Made by a program: the position numbers and the translations under genes. From the NCBI GenBank assembly GCA_964016885.1, contig OZ024741.1, positions 40,486,001 to 40,550,000 on the forward strand: a stretch of DNA of 64,000 nt. Reading direction: 5' to 3'. Positions 37,882-49,386 of this stretch are shown piece after piece. Positions within the stretch are counted from its first letter, which is position 1. Every line of letters begins with the position of its first letter. The notes beneath the pieces are model-generated. The model had not been told where the DNA came from. It saw only the letters and a program-made list of their open reading frames with translations, and searched no databases. The stretch comes from Eledone cirrhosa. Its lineage: Eukaryota.

Positions 37882-38496
37882 TCTTCTTCACCCACTTATT
37901 TCTGAGAGGGTCGTGGGGGCAGAGTCCTTCTCGAACACTCCTTCCAGCGAGTCTGCCAGTAGCAAACATCTCTAACTGATCCAGCTGGATCCCAAAGTGT
38001 GACCAGCCAAGCTCATGGATGTTATCCAACTATCTTGCTCAGGGTCTACCTCTGGGTCTCTTGCCGGTTAGTTTTGCCTATAAAATGTGTCCAGCGATTC
38101 TTTACTGAGACATTCTAACCACATACTCATAATATCGGAGTTGTGATCTCTCAATTCGGAGTAGTAGCGGCTCTCCCAGGAGTGACTCTCTGGTCTCTGA
38201 GTTATGCACTTTATCGAGTAACGTTACTCCAAAGACCTTTCGGAGGAATCCCATTTCTGCCACTTTTATTTGCAAGATTCATGATACTCGGTAAGAGTTG
38301 GCAGGAATACCAGGAAGACAGCGAGTTTGGCTTTTACACCTACCCTCCTTCATCTGATTGCTGAGGCTGGCGCTTTACTGCATTAGCTTTTGCAATTATT
38401 GCACTTAATTCAGTCTCCTGCATTCCATCACTCATGAACACGGCTCCAAGATACTTGAACCTCTCTAACTGCTTCAGTAGAACTCCATTCACATGT
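37882..38496 (-). mobile_element. RTE LINE 3' fragment
   Basis: FKYLGAVF...RPRGRP...DNIHELGWS, then short (AAG)n tail. Confidence 0.85.
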
Positions 38497-38689
38497 ATAT
38501 AAATTTAAGGGACTTCTGTCGACCCGTCCATCACGCAATGTGTATGTGTGTTTGTGTGAATGTATGTGTGCGTAAAAGGAAGGACAGGGATTCACACATA
38601 TATGTCTCTAACTTAAAAACATTGACACACACACGTGACTCTAATTTAAGAACTCCGACAAACTCACGCGCGTGCACATACACACACTG

Positions 38690-39350
38690 TCTTATTACCA
38701 CTCAAGAGCTTTGGTCTGGGCAAACATCTCTCAATTTTGGAACCGTCTGGGTTGTCCTGAATTGATGAGAAACTTGACGGTCTTACTCTGTGCTCCTGGT
38801 CAAGAGGCAGGTGCCTTACCTGGGACGTCACAGTTAGTGATTCTTTTGCTTCTTCCCACATCCTGAATGCAGCGGTAAGGGTGAGAACTACAGCAACCGC
38901 AGCTGAACGGAACAAACTCCTAAGATACCGTATTCTGTCAGCTAAATACATTATCCAGCCTGTGGCGTTCGAGACGTTTGGGGGAGTCGGGTTACTGACA
39001 GCGAGGTACTTATCTTCACTGGCGGCTCGCCAAACAGAGGTAACTGGTGATGCTCGTGAGGGCACTTGGTTGTTCCAGTACCTCAGCCTCGCCATCACCC
39101 CAGGTAACGCTGCGAGCGTGTTCGCCTGCCTCAAAAATTATTAGAGAGGTTTCTCAGTGCTCCTCGCTATATTGCTATCTTTTGCTCTGGTAGCGGCTCG
39201 TTTTTCCACCCCTTTCGTCTGCATTTTGTTCTATGGGCCCTAAGATGTGTGTGTGTATTACCTGCTTGTGTATTTTTTCTCTTTCTTTTGTATATATTAT
39301 ATTTGTTAGTGTTTTCGTTCTGTAACCATTACATTAAATGAGTTTTTAAA
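38690..39350 (+). mobile_element. CRE-like non-LTR retrotransposon 3' fragment (restriction-like endonuclease plus 3' UTR)
   Basis: DGLTL..WSRGRCLTWDVTV...AERNK...PVAFETFG...LSLAITPGNAASV: PD-(D/E)xK RLE signature. Confidence 0.8.
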
Positions 39351-39424
39351 AAAAGAGTTAATAAATAAATAAAACGTTATACTTGTTTTACCCTCCCATC
39401 TCCAATTCACCGAACGCTATCATG

Positions 39425-39685
39425 ATTGTATGTGTGAGTTTGTGTACATGTATATGTATGAATGTATGTATGTTTGTGTAAATGTATATGTGTGAAAGTA
39501 TGTGTGAATGCATGTATGTTTGTGTGAAAGTATGTGTGAATGTATGTATGTTTGTGTAAATGTATATGTGTAAATGTATGTGTATTTGTGTGAAAGTATG
39601 TGTGAATGTATGTATGTTTGTGTGAATGTATATGTGTGATTGTATGTGTATTTGTGTGAAAGTATGTGTATTTGTGTGAATTATG
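39425..39685. repeat. TGTGTGAATGTA-type degenerate minisatellite
   Basis: Direct reading. Confidence 0.85.
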
Positions 39686-40159
39686 TCCGTGAGAGTGTAA
39701 TTTTATAAGTTTGTGTTTGCGCGATTATAGTTATATACTCATAATAGTTATATACTCATACATATAGATGTCAGCGTGTAGAAAGTCATAATCTCTCTAT
39801 CTCTCTCATCACACACTCTCTTTTTCTATATATATGGTAGTTGAAGTAGTAGTGGTGGCGACGATATACCGGAAGTGCAACTTTGAAAAGAAGTCAATTT
39901 TAAATTATTTATTTTTACGAAATGATTTTTGTTTACGAAATTGAGTAGATAAATTATGTAATATTCATTCATTATTTATTCAAAGTGGGGTCGATAAAAT
40001 AAAGTACCAGTAATACACTGGGTAATTGCTGGCCTTGTGCCTAACGTAGAAACAATTATTTATTCAAAGTAATTCAACTTATTTTACAAACGGGATAAAA
40101 AAAAATAAACCGTACACAATCCCGCAGACCTTCCTTTATTATAGTTTAGATTATTATTA

Positions 40160-40244
40160 GGGTGGTGGATTGGCAGTATCAGTAGAGGGTCGGACACCAT
40201 GCTTTGACGCATAGAGTTGCGGCCCTTTATGGTCTGAGTTCAAA
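40160..40244 (+). mobile_element. SINE head fragment (main family); a 3' fragment lies at 39986-40060
   Basis: GGTGGATTGGCAGTATCAGTAGAG...GAGTTCAAA. Confidence 0.75.
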
Positions 40245-41082
40245 ATAAGTTAAAAGCTTTATCATAATTATTATTGTTGAAGGAAATCGAACATTTAATA
40301 CAAAAATAACATTAAGAACTTATTTCATTGATCCTGGATATATTTCGGGAAAACATCACGTTTTCAAATGTGTTAAATATAAAAATTAACAATATCCAAA
40401 ATGTTGAAATATTACCTTACAAATATTTATTTGGTCCTGATAGATTTGAGGTGGAAAATATTCCCTTAAGATATATCAGGATAGATTTGTTTTATTTCAT
40501 AAACCTTTATTTTTCAAAGTAAATATTTGCTTTTTGTACACCTTCAAACATAGGAAAAGAACCGATCATCAGGTAGGACCAAGTAAACACTTTCTATTGG
40601 TTTTTCAATTGATGATACAATCTGCCGGTCTCAATGTCTGGCAGAAGAGGGTGGGATTTGAACTCAGAACTCATGGAACCGGATCAGATACAGCCAGGCA
40701 TGCCGTCCACATTTTAACAACTCTGGCAATCTACTGTTCCAGGTCTGGTACTTTATTTATCGACATAAACAGATTTGAATACGTAAGTACACACACCAGC
40801 ATCACGCACACACAAGTATATGCACACGCGCACACATATACATGCATACACATACAGACAAACACACACACACATGTATATACACACACACACACATATT
40901 ATGACTTAATTAAGAAGATGGGGAATTGGCAGAATCATTACAACATCGGACAAAACACCTAGACCAATTGTACATTTAATCCTTCTGGTGTTGAGAACAT
41001 AAAATACCAGTCATATAGTGGGGTCGATTTCACCGTCAGTAGATATTCCCAAACTCTGTGGTATTTTACTAACGTTAGAGTA

Positions 41083-41298
41083 CGGTGGATTGACAGTATC
41101 GGTAGAGGATCGGGCGCCACGCTTTGCAGCATAGAGTTATGGCCCGTTACGTTCTGAGTTCAAATCCTGCCTAGGTTAACTTTGCCTTGCATCCTTACGG
41201 GATCGATAAAATAAAGTACCAGTAATGCACTGGGATAGATTTAATCGACTTTCCCCTACCTCTAAATTGCTGTCCTTGTGTCTATAGTAGAAACAATT
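41083..41298 (+). mobile_element. tRNA-derived SINE (main family), full length
   Basis: Head, B box, central domain and tail all present. Confidence 0.88.
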
Positions 41299-41787
41299 TT
41301 AATAACGTTAGAAATCGATATTTAATTTGATAGAAAATGCAAGGATTTGAACGGCGTCGTCTTGTAATTTTCTCTTTCGATCACAAAATATAGCACTATA
41401 TATTATGTTCGACCAGCACAGCCACCACGACGTCCATTAATACCATAACCACTAACATTACCATGACAACTACCACCACCATTACTACTAAAACTACGAC
41501 TATCGTTACTACTACTACGAAGACCAGTGTCACCTTGCCTCAACTACCTTTGCCACCACTAAAACACCATCTACCAATATTATCACTTCTTCCATTACTA
41601 CCACCACCACCAACGCAACACTTATACCAAAATACTACTATAGGTCTGTGTTCATTCCCCCCCCCCCCCCTCTCCATTATATACCTAAACCGCCACCATT
41701 ACTACCAATACTATCATGACCACGCTCACCACCTTCACACCTTACAACTATACCTACCACTACTAAAATATTACTGTATTATTATGT

Positions 41788-42087
41788 TAGGTCGATAAAA
41801 TAAAGTACCAGTAATACACTTGAATAATTGCTGGCCTTGTGCCAAAAGTAGAAACAATTATTATGTTATGGATTGGCAGTATCGGTAGAGGGTCGGACGC
41901 CATGCTTTGCAGCAAAGAGTTATGGCCCTTTATGATCTGAGTTCAAAGGTCCCGCCGAGGTTAACTTTGCCTTTCATCCTTACGGGGTCGATAAAATAGA
42001 GTACCAGCCATGCACTGGGGTCGATTTAATCGACTTTCCCCTCCCCAAAAATTGCTGGCCTTATGCCTATATAAGGAACCATTATTA
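41788..42087 (+). mobile_element. SINE 3' fragment followed by a full-length SINE (41869-42087)
   Basis: Same family motifs. Confidence 0.85.
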
Positions 42088-42477
42088 TGTTAATCAACAT
42101 TCCCTACATCAATACTACCACTCCACACCATCATCACTACGACTAATACCATCACTTATGCTACCACCCAAACTACGGCATCACTGCTCACATCACCTCT
42201 TCTCTCTCACAGCTACCATTCCCCTCCATTTCCATTATCACTACTGCCAATACTGCACCACCACTGTCACAACATCCAATACTGCATGACCAATTCCGTC
42301 ATTACTGAACTCCTTGTCAAATTAAGGTGTAAAGTGGCTGAGTATTCCAACTTCAATGTAACCCTCAAGTAGATTCAACATGACTGTTTCACGGCTGGTC
42401 CTTTGAATTACAGATTAAGTCTATACAACGAGTTTTCAGTCAATTTCCCTCTACTTAATTCCACTACGCAGTGCAAT

Positions 42478-43095
42478 CTACATGTGAATGGAGATCCACT
42501 GAAGCAGGTGAAGAAGTTCAGGTATCCCGGGGCTGTGTTTACGAGTGATGGAAGACAGGAAGCTGGATTAAGTGCAAAAATTGCAGGAGCCGGTGCAGTA
42601 ATGAGCCAGCTACAGCATTCAGTAATCAGAAGAAGGAAGGTAAGTGTAAAAGCCTAACTCACTCTCTTCAATTCGGTAATCGTGCCAACCCTTACCTATG
42701 GCCATGAATCTTGGGTAATGACCAAAAGAATACAATCGCCTAAACAAGCGGCTGAAATAGGATTCCTCCGAAGGGTCTTTGGAGTAACGCTACTCGATAG
42801 AGTGCGTAGCTCGGAGATCAGAGGCTCATCCCAGGTAGGGCCGCTACATCTCTGAATTGAGAGATCACAGCTCCGATACTATGGGCATGTAGTTAGAATG
42901 TTTCTGGAAAGAATCGCTGGACAGATTTTACAGACAAAAACCAACCGACAGGTGACCCAGGGGTAGACCCCGAACAAGATGGTTGGATATTCTTGAGCTT
43001 GGCGGGTCTCACTTGGGGTTTCAGCCGGATCAGTTGGAGACGGTTGCTTCTGACGGGACCAGCTGGAAGGAGTGTGGGCAAAGAAGAAAAAGAAG
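42478..43095 (+). mobile_element. RTE LINE 3' fragment
   Basis: LKQVKKFRYPG...PTLTYGHESW...YYGHVVRM...(AAG)n tail. Confidence 0.85.
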
Positions 43096-43099
43096 GAGA

Positions 43100-43990
43100 T
43101 ATCCTTCACCACCACTAATACATTATCGTCACCATCGTCACCATCGTCACCACCACACACTTCAATATCACAGCTAGCTACAACACCTATACCACCACTA
43201 TTGCCCTTACCATCACCACCATTGCCACCGCCACAACCTCCACTACCACCACCACCACCACCACAAACACCACCACCAACACCTCCACTACAAACACTAC
43301 TACAACCACAACTACCACCACCACTACAATGACAACCACCACCACAGCCACAACCATCATCACCACCATTGCCATCGCCACCACCACCACTACCACAACC
43401 CCTACTAAAATTCCATCCACAATAACCATCACCACCACCACCTCCACAGCGACCAACACTACCACCACCACCACCTTTACCACCACCATCACCACCATTG
43501 CCACCACCACCACAAATATATCCACAATCAGCCACTACCAGCAACATTACCGCCACCACCACTTCCACCACCATCACCATCACCACCACTACCACCACCA
43601 CCACCACCATCACCACCACCAACACCAAGTCCTCCTCTACCACTGCCACCACCATCACCACCACCACTACCGTCACTACCACCACCACCACCTCCACGAC
43701 CTCCTCTACCACCACCGCTATCAACACCACCACCACCACTATCACCACCACCACCACGACCATCACCACCTCCACTACCGTCACTACCACCACCACCACC
43801 ACCACCTCCACCTCCACGTCCTCCTCTACCACCACCACTATCACCACCACCACGACCATCACCACCACCACCACTACCGTCACTACCACCACCACCACCA
43901 CCACCACCTCCACATCCTGTCTCTACTACCACCGCTATCACTACCACTATCACCACCACCACCACCAAGTCCTCCTCTACCAGCACCACC
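43100..43990. repeat. (ACC)n-derived low-complexity tract
   Basis: Direct reading. Confidence 0.92.
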
Positions 43991-44296
43991 CCTTTCTCAG
44001 AAAACTTAATCAATGTTAATCAGGCTGATTATCCTGCTCCTATATCTAACAATTAGCAGAGTAATTCAGTTTCATTAGTTGATATCTTTCATTGGATGCT
44101 TGATATCGTTAATATGATGTGATATGATGTGATATGATGGGACATGATATGGCTTTTATGATACCACCTCATAGATACATCATCATTAGAACTGATCATG
44201 TCATATCTGTACAGCCACTCTTGCTTTCTTAACAATAATTAAAGCTGGGCTATGAAAATATTTCATTCTATTTCTTTATTAATATTATTATTATTT

Positions 44297-44513
44297 GGAT
44301 TGGCAGTATCAGTAGAGGGTCGGACGCCATGCTTTGCAGCATAGAGTTACGGCCCTTTATGATCTAAGTTCAAATCCCGCCGAGGTTAACTTTGCCTTTC
44401 ATCCTTACGGGGTCGATAAAATAAAGTACCAGTCACGCACTGGGGCTGATTTAATCGACTTTCTCCCCCCCCCCCAAAAAAAAGATTACTGGCCTTGTGC
44501 CTATACTAGAAAC
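44297..44513 (+). mobile_element. tRNA-derived SINE (main family), full length
   Basis: Head, B box GTTCAAATCCCGCC, central domain and tail. Confidence 0.88.
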
Positions 44514-44904
44514 CACCATAACTTATCAATGGTGCCCCCCACTCCACCCTCTTGCTCTTAATTCCACCATTACTTCCACCACCACCACTATCACTACATC
44601 ATCACCAACCCCACTGCATTACCACTCTCATCCTCACTCTCATCCACATCACTTTTATCACTAACACCACAGCACCGCTACTTCTATCATCATCATCATC
44701 ATCATGTTCACCATCATCACCAGTACCATCATCATCATCATCATAATCATCATCATCATCATCATCATCACCATCATCACTATGATAACTATTACCATCA
44801 TCATCATCACCAAAAGCACTACAACCGATCACCTTTTTACATACAGAAAAATAATTTAGTGCTTTATTATAATAAATTAATCGTAAATGAAATATAATTA
44901 GATT

Positions 44905-44945
44905 ATTCTGACGAGGCCGATAAAGTGACCAAAACATATGTCCAT
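44905..44945 (+). ncRNA. Decayed minimal hammerhead ribozyme
   Basis: CTGACGA-GGCC...GACC-AAAA-CATATG-TC; GAAA mutated to AAAA; palindromic stem III. Confidence 0.45.
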
Positions 44946-45675
44946 ACTTAGACCCAATTATATAGGTCTTTGGTTTCATGAGCATTCTCCATTTATCTGA
45001 AAGTCACCTTTTTCTGTCTTTCAAATCACATACATTGCTTGTCAATGTCTTAGAGACTCGCCTGTTAACAGATTTGAAAGATGAAATGTACGGTTACATC
45101 ATGTTTATATGATACTTTTTCTCCACCGTTTAGTTTGGTGTAGGTGAGGTAATCTCTGCTTCATATACAACCGAATGATGTTATATACGTGGTCTAAAGC
45201 AGGCATGTCAAACATGCGGCCCTTTACAAGCACACCTGCGGCGTGCATAAAAGTTTTTATAGCGTGAGCATGTTTTATTTTCGTAATATAAAATTTAAAA
45301 AATGTGTTGTAATGTGTGCAATTAGTTGTATGTGGCCCTCAGACAACACATATGTGAACCATGTGGCCCTCGGGCGACCCTCAGTTTGACATGCCTGGCC
45401 TAAAGGACATTTATCTTTCTGTCTACACGAACATCATGGATGTTGATGTTATAGATTTCATATTAGAAAGACCGGATCTTTGCGGAATGTCTACCAAAGA
45501 TCTTACTAAAATCAGCGAATTCTTACCTATCTTTATTTTAACATTTAAGGAAAGGGTGCATGCGAACTAGATAATTTTTCTGGGTTTACTGCTTTAACAT
45601 TTGTGTTGGAGCAAGGTTATAGAAAATATTATTCTTGAAACCGCTATCTAGTAGTGCTCTGTTGTAGCAGGGGTC
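44945..45675 (-). pseudogene. Decayed PLE linker plus GIY-YIG endonuclease (Hydra-clade-like), split by a hAT MITE
   Basis: Minus strand remnants RKII.F...SLNVKIKIGK, CSCRQKDKCPL (CxCx5C), SVVYEAEIT, SSFK, IKWRML..KTY. Confidence 0.7.
45200..45397. mobile_element. hAT (Charlie-like) MITE
   Basis: 14-bp perfect TIR CAGGCATGTCAAAC/GTTTGACATGCCTG; 8-bp TSD GTCTAAAG/GCCTAAAG. Confidence 0.9.
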
Positions 45676-45800
45676 GACTTATCAAATATATATTTAGAGA
45701 AGGATAGGTTAGATATCATGCGGCGAGCATTGTATATATATATATATATATACCGTGAAACCCCTCCTGGGTCGTGTATTGATCATTTTTTTGTTTTCCA

Positions 45801-45844
45801 TGCCCTTGATAAGCCCATTCCGGGCGAAACGTACGTAGGTGCAC
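45801..45844 (+). ncRNA. Minimal type I hammerhead ribozyme, U3-A8 core variant
   Basis: CC-TTGATAA-GCCC ATTCC GGGC-GAAA-CGTACG-TA-GG within a 140-bp island flanked by (TA)n. Confidence 0.65.
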
Positions 45845-45890
45845 TGTTATATAAACATGCTTTAACGGTTTTAAACTCCTTGTATTCATT

Positions 45891-45940
<50 letters not shown>

Positions 45941-46046
45941 AAATTTCGCCAGTCTGCTAATATGCAAATCAGGCCGATCAGTCACTGTGTATTTTTAAAA
46001 ATAGCATGTATTTTCACTAGCTCTGACAGTTTGGCAGGTGACAGTA

Positions 46047-46094
46047 AGCTGTACTGATGAAGGGTGATACCCAGAAACATTAGTGTCTGCAGTT
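46047..46094 (+). ncRNA. Minimal type I hammerhead ribozyme
   Basis: GCTGTA-CTGATGA-A GGGT GAT ACCC A-GAAA-CA TTAG TG-TC-TGCAGT; GUC site at 46085-46087. Confidence 0.75.
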
Positions 46095-46227
46095 CTGTTC
46101 ACATGCCAACACAAGAGCAAGAATGAAGTGTTAATTCTACTGACATGGCTATAAAATTGAGGCTTGTTTGCATAATTGCAAACGAATCGAATGTTATTAT
46201 TAATATTCGAAAAACTCAGATTAGATT

Positions 46228-46330
<103 letters not shown>

Positions 46331-46343
46331 CACACATATTAAT

Positions 46344-47085
46344 TGTAACGAGCCAGACAATTAGATTTCGTCTAGCTTCATCGCAATTCACTTACTCAGT
46401 GAATTTACAAAAATCGTATGTTGGAAACAGTGGAGACAATACGTTACATAGTGTGGCAACACAAAGAATGCTCCGAACTGTTCAGTTTCATTGCCGCGTC
46501 CTATGCGCAGTGGCTGCCTTAGCAAATATCGTAAATAGAAACGACTTTGTATTTCCGAAAACAATTCTACTGAGTTCACATAGCCAGGGCCGACGTGACG
46601 AATCTTCGGCGGAGTTCAGTCCTAAATACTAGCTAAAGAATTTGTACGAGATACTGACAGAGACAAAACTTAACGCCACTGTGGCAGTAGTAGCAGTTTC
46701 ACATGTGACATTTTAAAGAGGAAGGCAATAGAATTCCACCGTTAGAATAAAGCACACTATTGGCGGTTAAATATAAATGGTTTGACAAGTACACCGAAGC
46801 TCTCAACCAAGGTAGTTATATAAATAACAAAAACAGAAGTGCATAATACGTAGAAATCGAACTAATATAAAGCAAACAGCGTTCAACTTACGAGCCTAAC
46901 AATTAGATTTCGTCTAGCTTCGCCGCAATCCACTCACTCGATGAATTTACAAACATTGTATGTTGTAAATACGAATCTGCAAATCAGGGTGGACACAATA
47001 CGTAAGATAGTGGTTAAACGGATTAGTGTGGGACGACAAAAGAATGCTCCGAACTCTACAATTTCATCACCACGTTGTATGCACA
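46344..47085. repeat. Diverged ~170-bp direct repeat pair (46348-46510 and 46890-47085)
   Basis: ACAATTAGATTTCGTCTAGCTTC and CAAAGAATGCTCCGAACT each occur twice; origin unclear (LTR-like TGTAAC start). Confidence 0.6.
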
Positions 47086-47097
47086 GTATATATGAAC

Positions 47098-47361
47098 ATT
47101 GAATGGAATTAATGGGTTTCGCCGTATATTTGACTACAGAAAGTAGTCGAATATCAGAACTGAATCCCAGAACTGAAACAATGGGCATCAGTAAACGTGG
47201 GAATCGTACCCGCACCTCTTATTTTCGTGATAATTCTGCTATCCCTTCGATTCCTAATCATGTTGATGCCCATTTCTTTCTGTTCTAAGACCTTATATTT
47301 CCTGTTATAAGACTATTTTCTGTAGTGAAATATACGGCGAAACCTATTAATTCAATTCAAT
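47098..47361. mobile_element. Fold-back MITE
   Basis: Inverted arms TTGAAT.GAATTAAT.GGTTTCGCCGTATATTT.ACTACAGAAA.TAGTC and its complement. Confidence 0.7.
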
Positions 47362-47559
47362 TTGCAAATTTGCAAGTTTGAATCACCGTCTTCTAAACAC
47401 ATGCGGCTAATACAACGTTGCATTATTGCATCCTCATGTTTATTCGTTTTCTGTTTCCTTGATGTTTTATTATATATATATCAAAAAAGAGAAATAGGAC
47501 GAAGGTAAACAGTTACAAAAGGATTTAATCCACGTATTAACAATTGTTTCATCAGACCT

Positions 47560-47956
47560 TATACGGAAGGAATTACATAAAAAATATAAGAAAACCAATA
47601 ACCAAGCACTACTTAACATCAACAAACAAGCACACCATATTGTCAAAAGTCTAGAACTTGAAGATAGAACTGAGCCCATGACAACTTGCACCCCCACCTT
47701 TAATCTTAAGGACCACAAATTAGATTTCCTAGATAAACCCACAATTAGATTAATATGCCCTTCTAAGTCAGACATAGGTAAAATTAGCAAGCATATTTTA
47801 GATAGAATAATAATACAATTAAGGAATAAACTAGTTATTAAACTTTGGGACAATACTAGCGACACAATTAAATGGTTTAATAGTATAGATAACAAAAATA
47901 CCTCTAACTTTATACAATTCGACATTAATGACTATTACTCCTCCATGCAAACTTGA
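47560..47956 (+). pseudogene. PLE RT N-terminal fragment (Hydra-clade-like)
   Basis: LKDHK..F.DKP.IRLICPSKSDIGKISK.ILDRI...W.NT...IKWF...FIQFDI.DYY. Confidence 0.75.
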
Positions 47957-48175
47957 CTGTCACCACATATTATGAACCTGAAGATTGCGAAAGCATGAAA
48001 GTACTTGTTCAATTAACACTTAGAATTTAATATTCTATCATACTATTTCATTATAATACCATTATAAATTTTAAAGGATTGTAAATAAGACGAGTAAATC
48101 AGACAAAGTTGAAATTCCTCTTATTAATATAATCTTCTATACACAATCATACACACCCGTGTATATTTACCTATC

Positions 48176-48731
<556 letters not shown>

Positions 48732-48738
48732 AAACTGA

Positions 48739-49386
48739 AATCCCTTCAACGCTGGGAAAAAAAGTGCCGCTTGGTTCCTACACTATGAATCGACTTTTCA
48801 AACGGATTACACCACCAATAACCCGTTCATAAAAATAGGAAAACCCATAACTGAACCGCACAACAACTTCTCAAACCCCCAAGCCTCTAACAAACGAAGA
48901 AGGAAGCACCACACCGAAGATGAACTTCCCAACCTCGCTACCATAAGAAGGAACAAAAACCCAAGAAATCATCTCCCCCAGAATGACATTTACAACTTTC
49001 CCCCTTCAAGGAGACACAATACCAAATCACTCAACTACTACGCAGATGCCTCATCGTCAAACATAGGGAAAAGATACCACCACCATGATAGATGTAACAA
49101 CTTCCCCGCTTCAAGGGGACAGCAAGGTAATTACCATTTTCTCAACTCTCGCTTCCACAATACACAACAAACCCACACCACACGATACAACCAACAACGT
49201 AGGCCACTTATAACACTACAATACAACATGGCACATAGAAACACACACCCATACTCGCAGTACAGGAACACCCCATTCAATCTACAACCACCAACCCGAA
49301 CCACATTTTACAACAACAAGGAATATAACAAACACAGGAGACCACTTAACATCAGCAGACAACCCCTCTACCCAACCATTTTTTAG
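48739..49386 (+). CDS. Upstream open frame (~215 codons, N/H/R/P/Y-rich, no 5' ATG) of the PLE
   Basis: Manual translation: stop-free from 48739 to TAG at 49384-49386; overlaps the RT frame, which opens at 49214. Confidence 0.5.
   Translation, partial: NPFNAGKKSAAWFLHYESTFQTDYTTNNPFIKIGKPITEPHNNFSNPQASNKRRRKHHTEDELPNLATIRRNKNPRNHLPQNDIYNFPPSRRHNTKSLNYYADASSSNIGKRYHHHDRCNNFPASRGQQGNYHFLNSRFHNTQQTHTTRYNQQRRPLITLQYNMAHRNTHPYSQYRNTPFNLQPPTRTTFYNNKEYNKHRRPLNISRQPLYPTIF

Noticed and set aside
41083-41175. tRNA genes at SINE heads
   Set aside because: B boxes are present but there is no complete cloverleaf, and each continues into the SINE body
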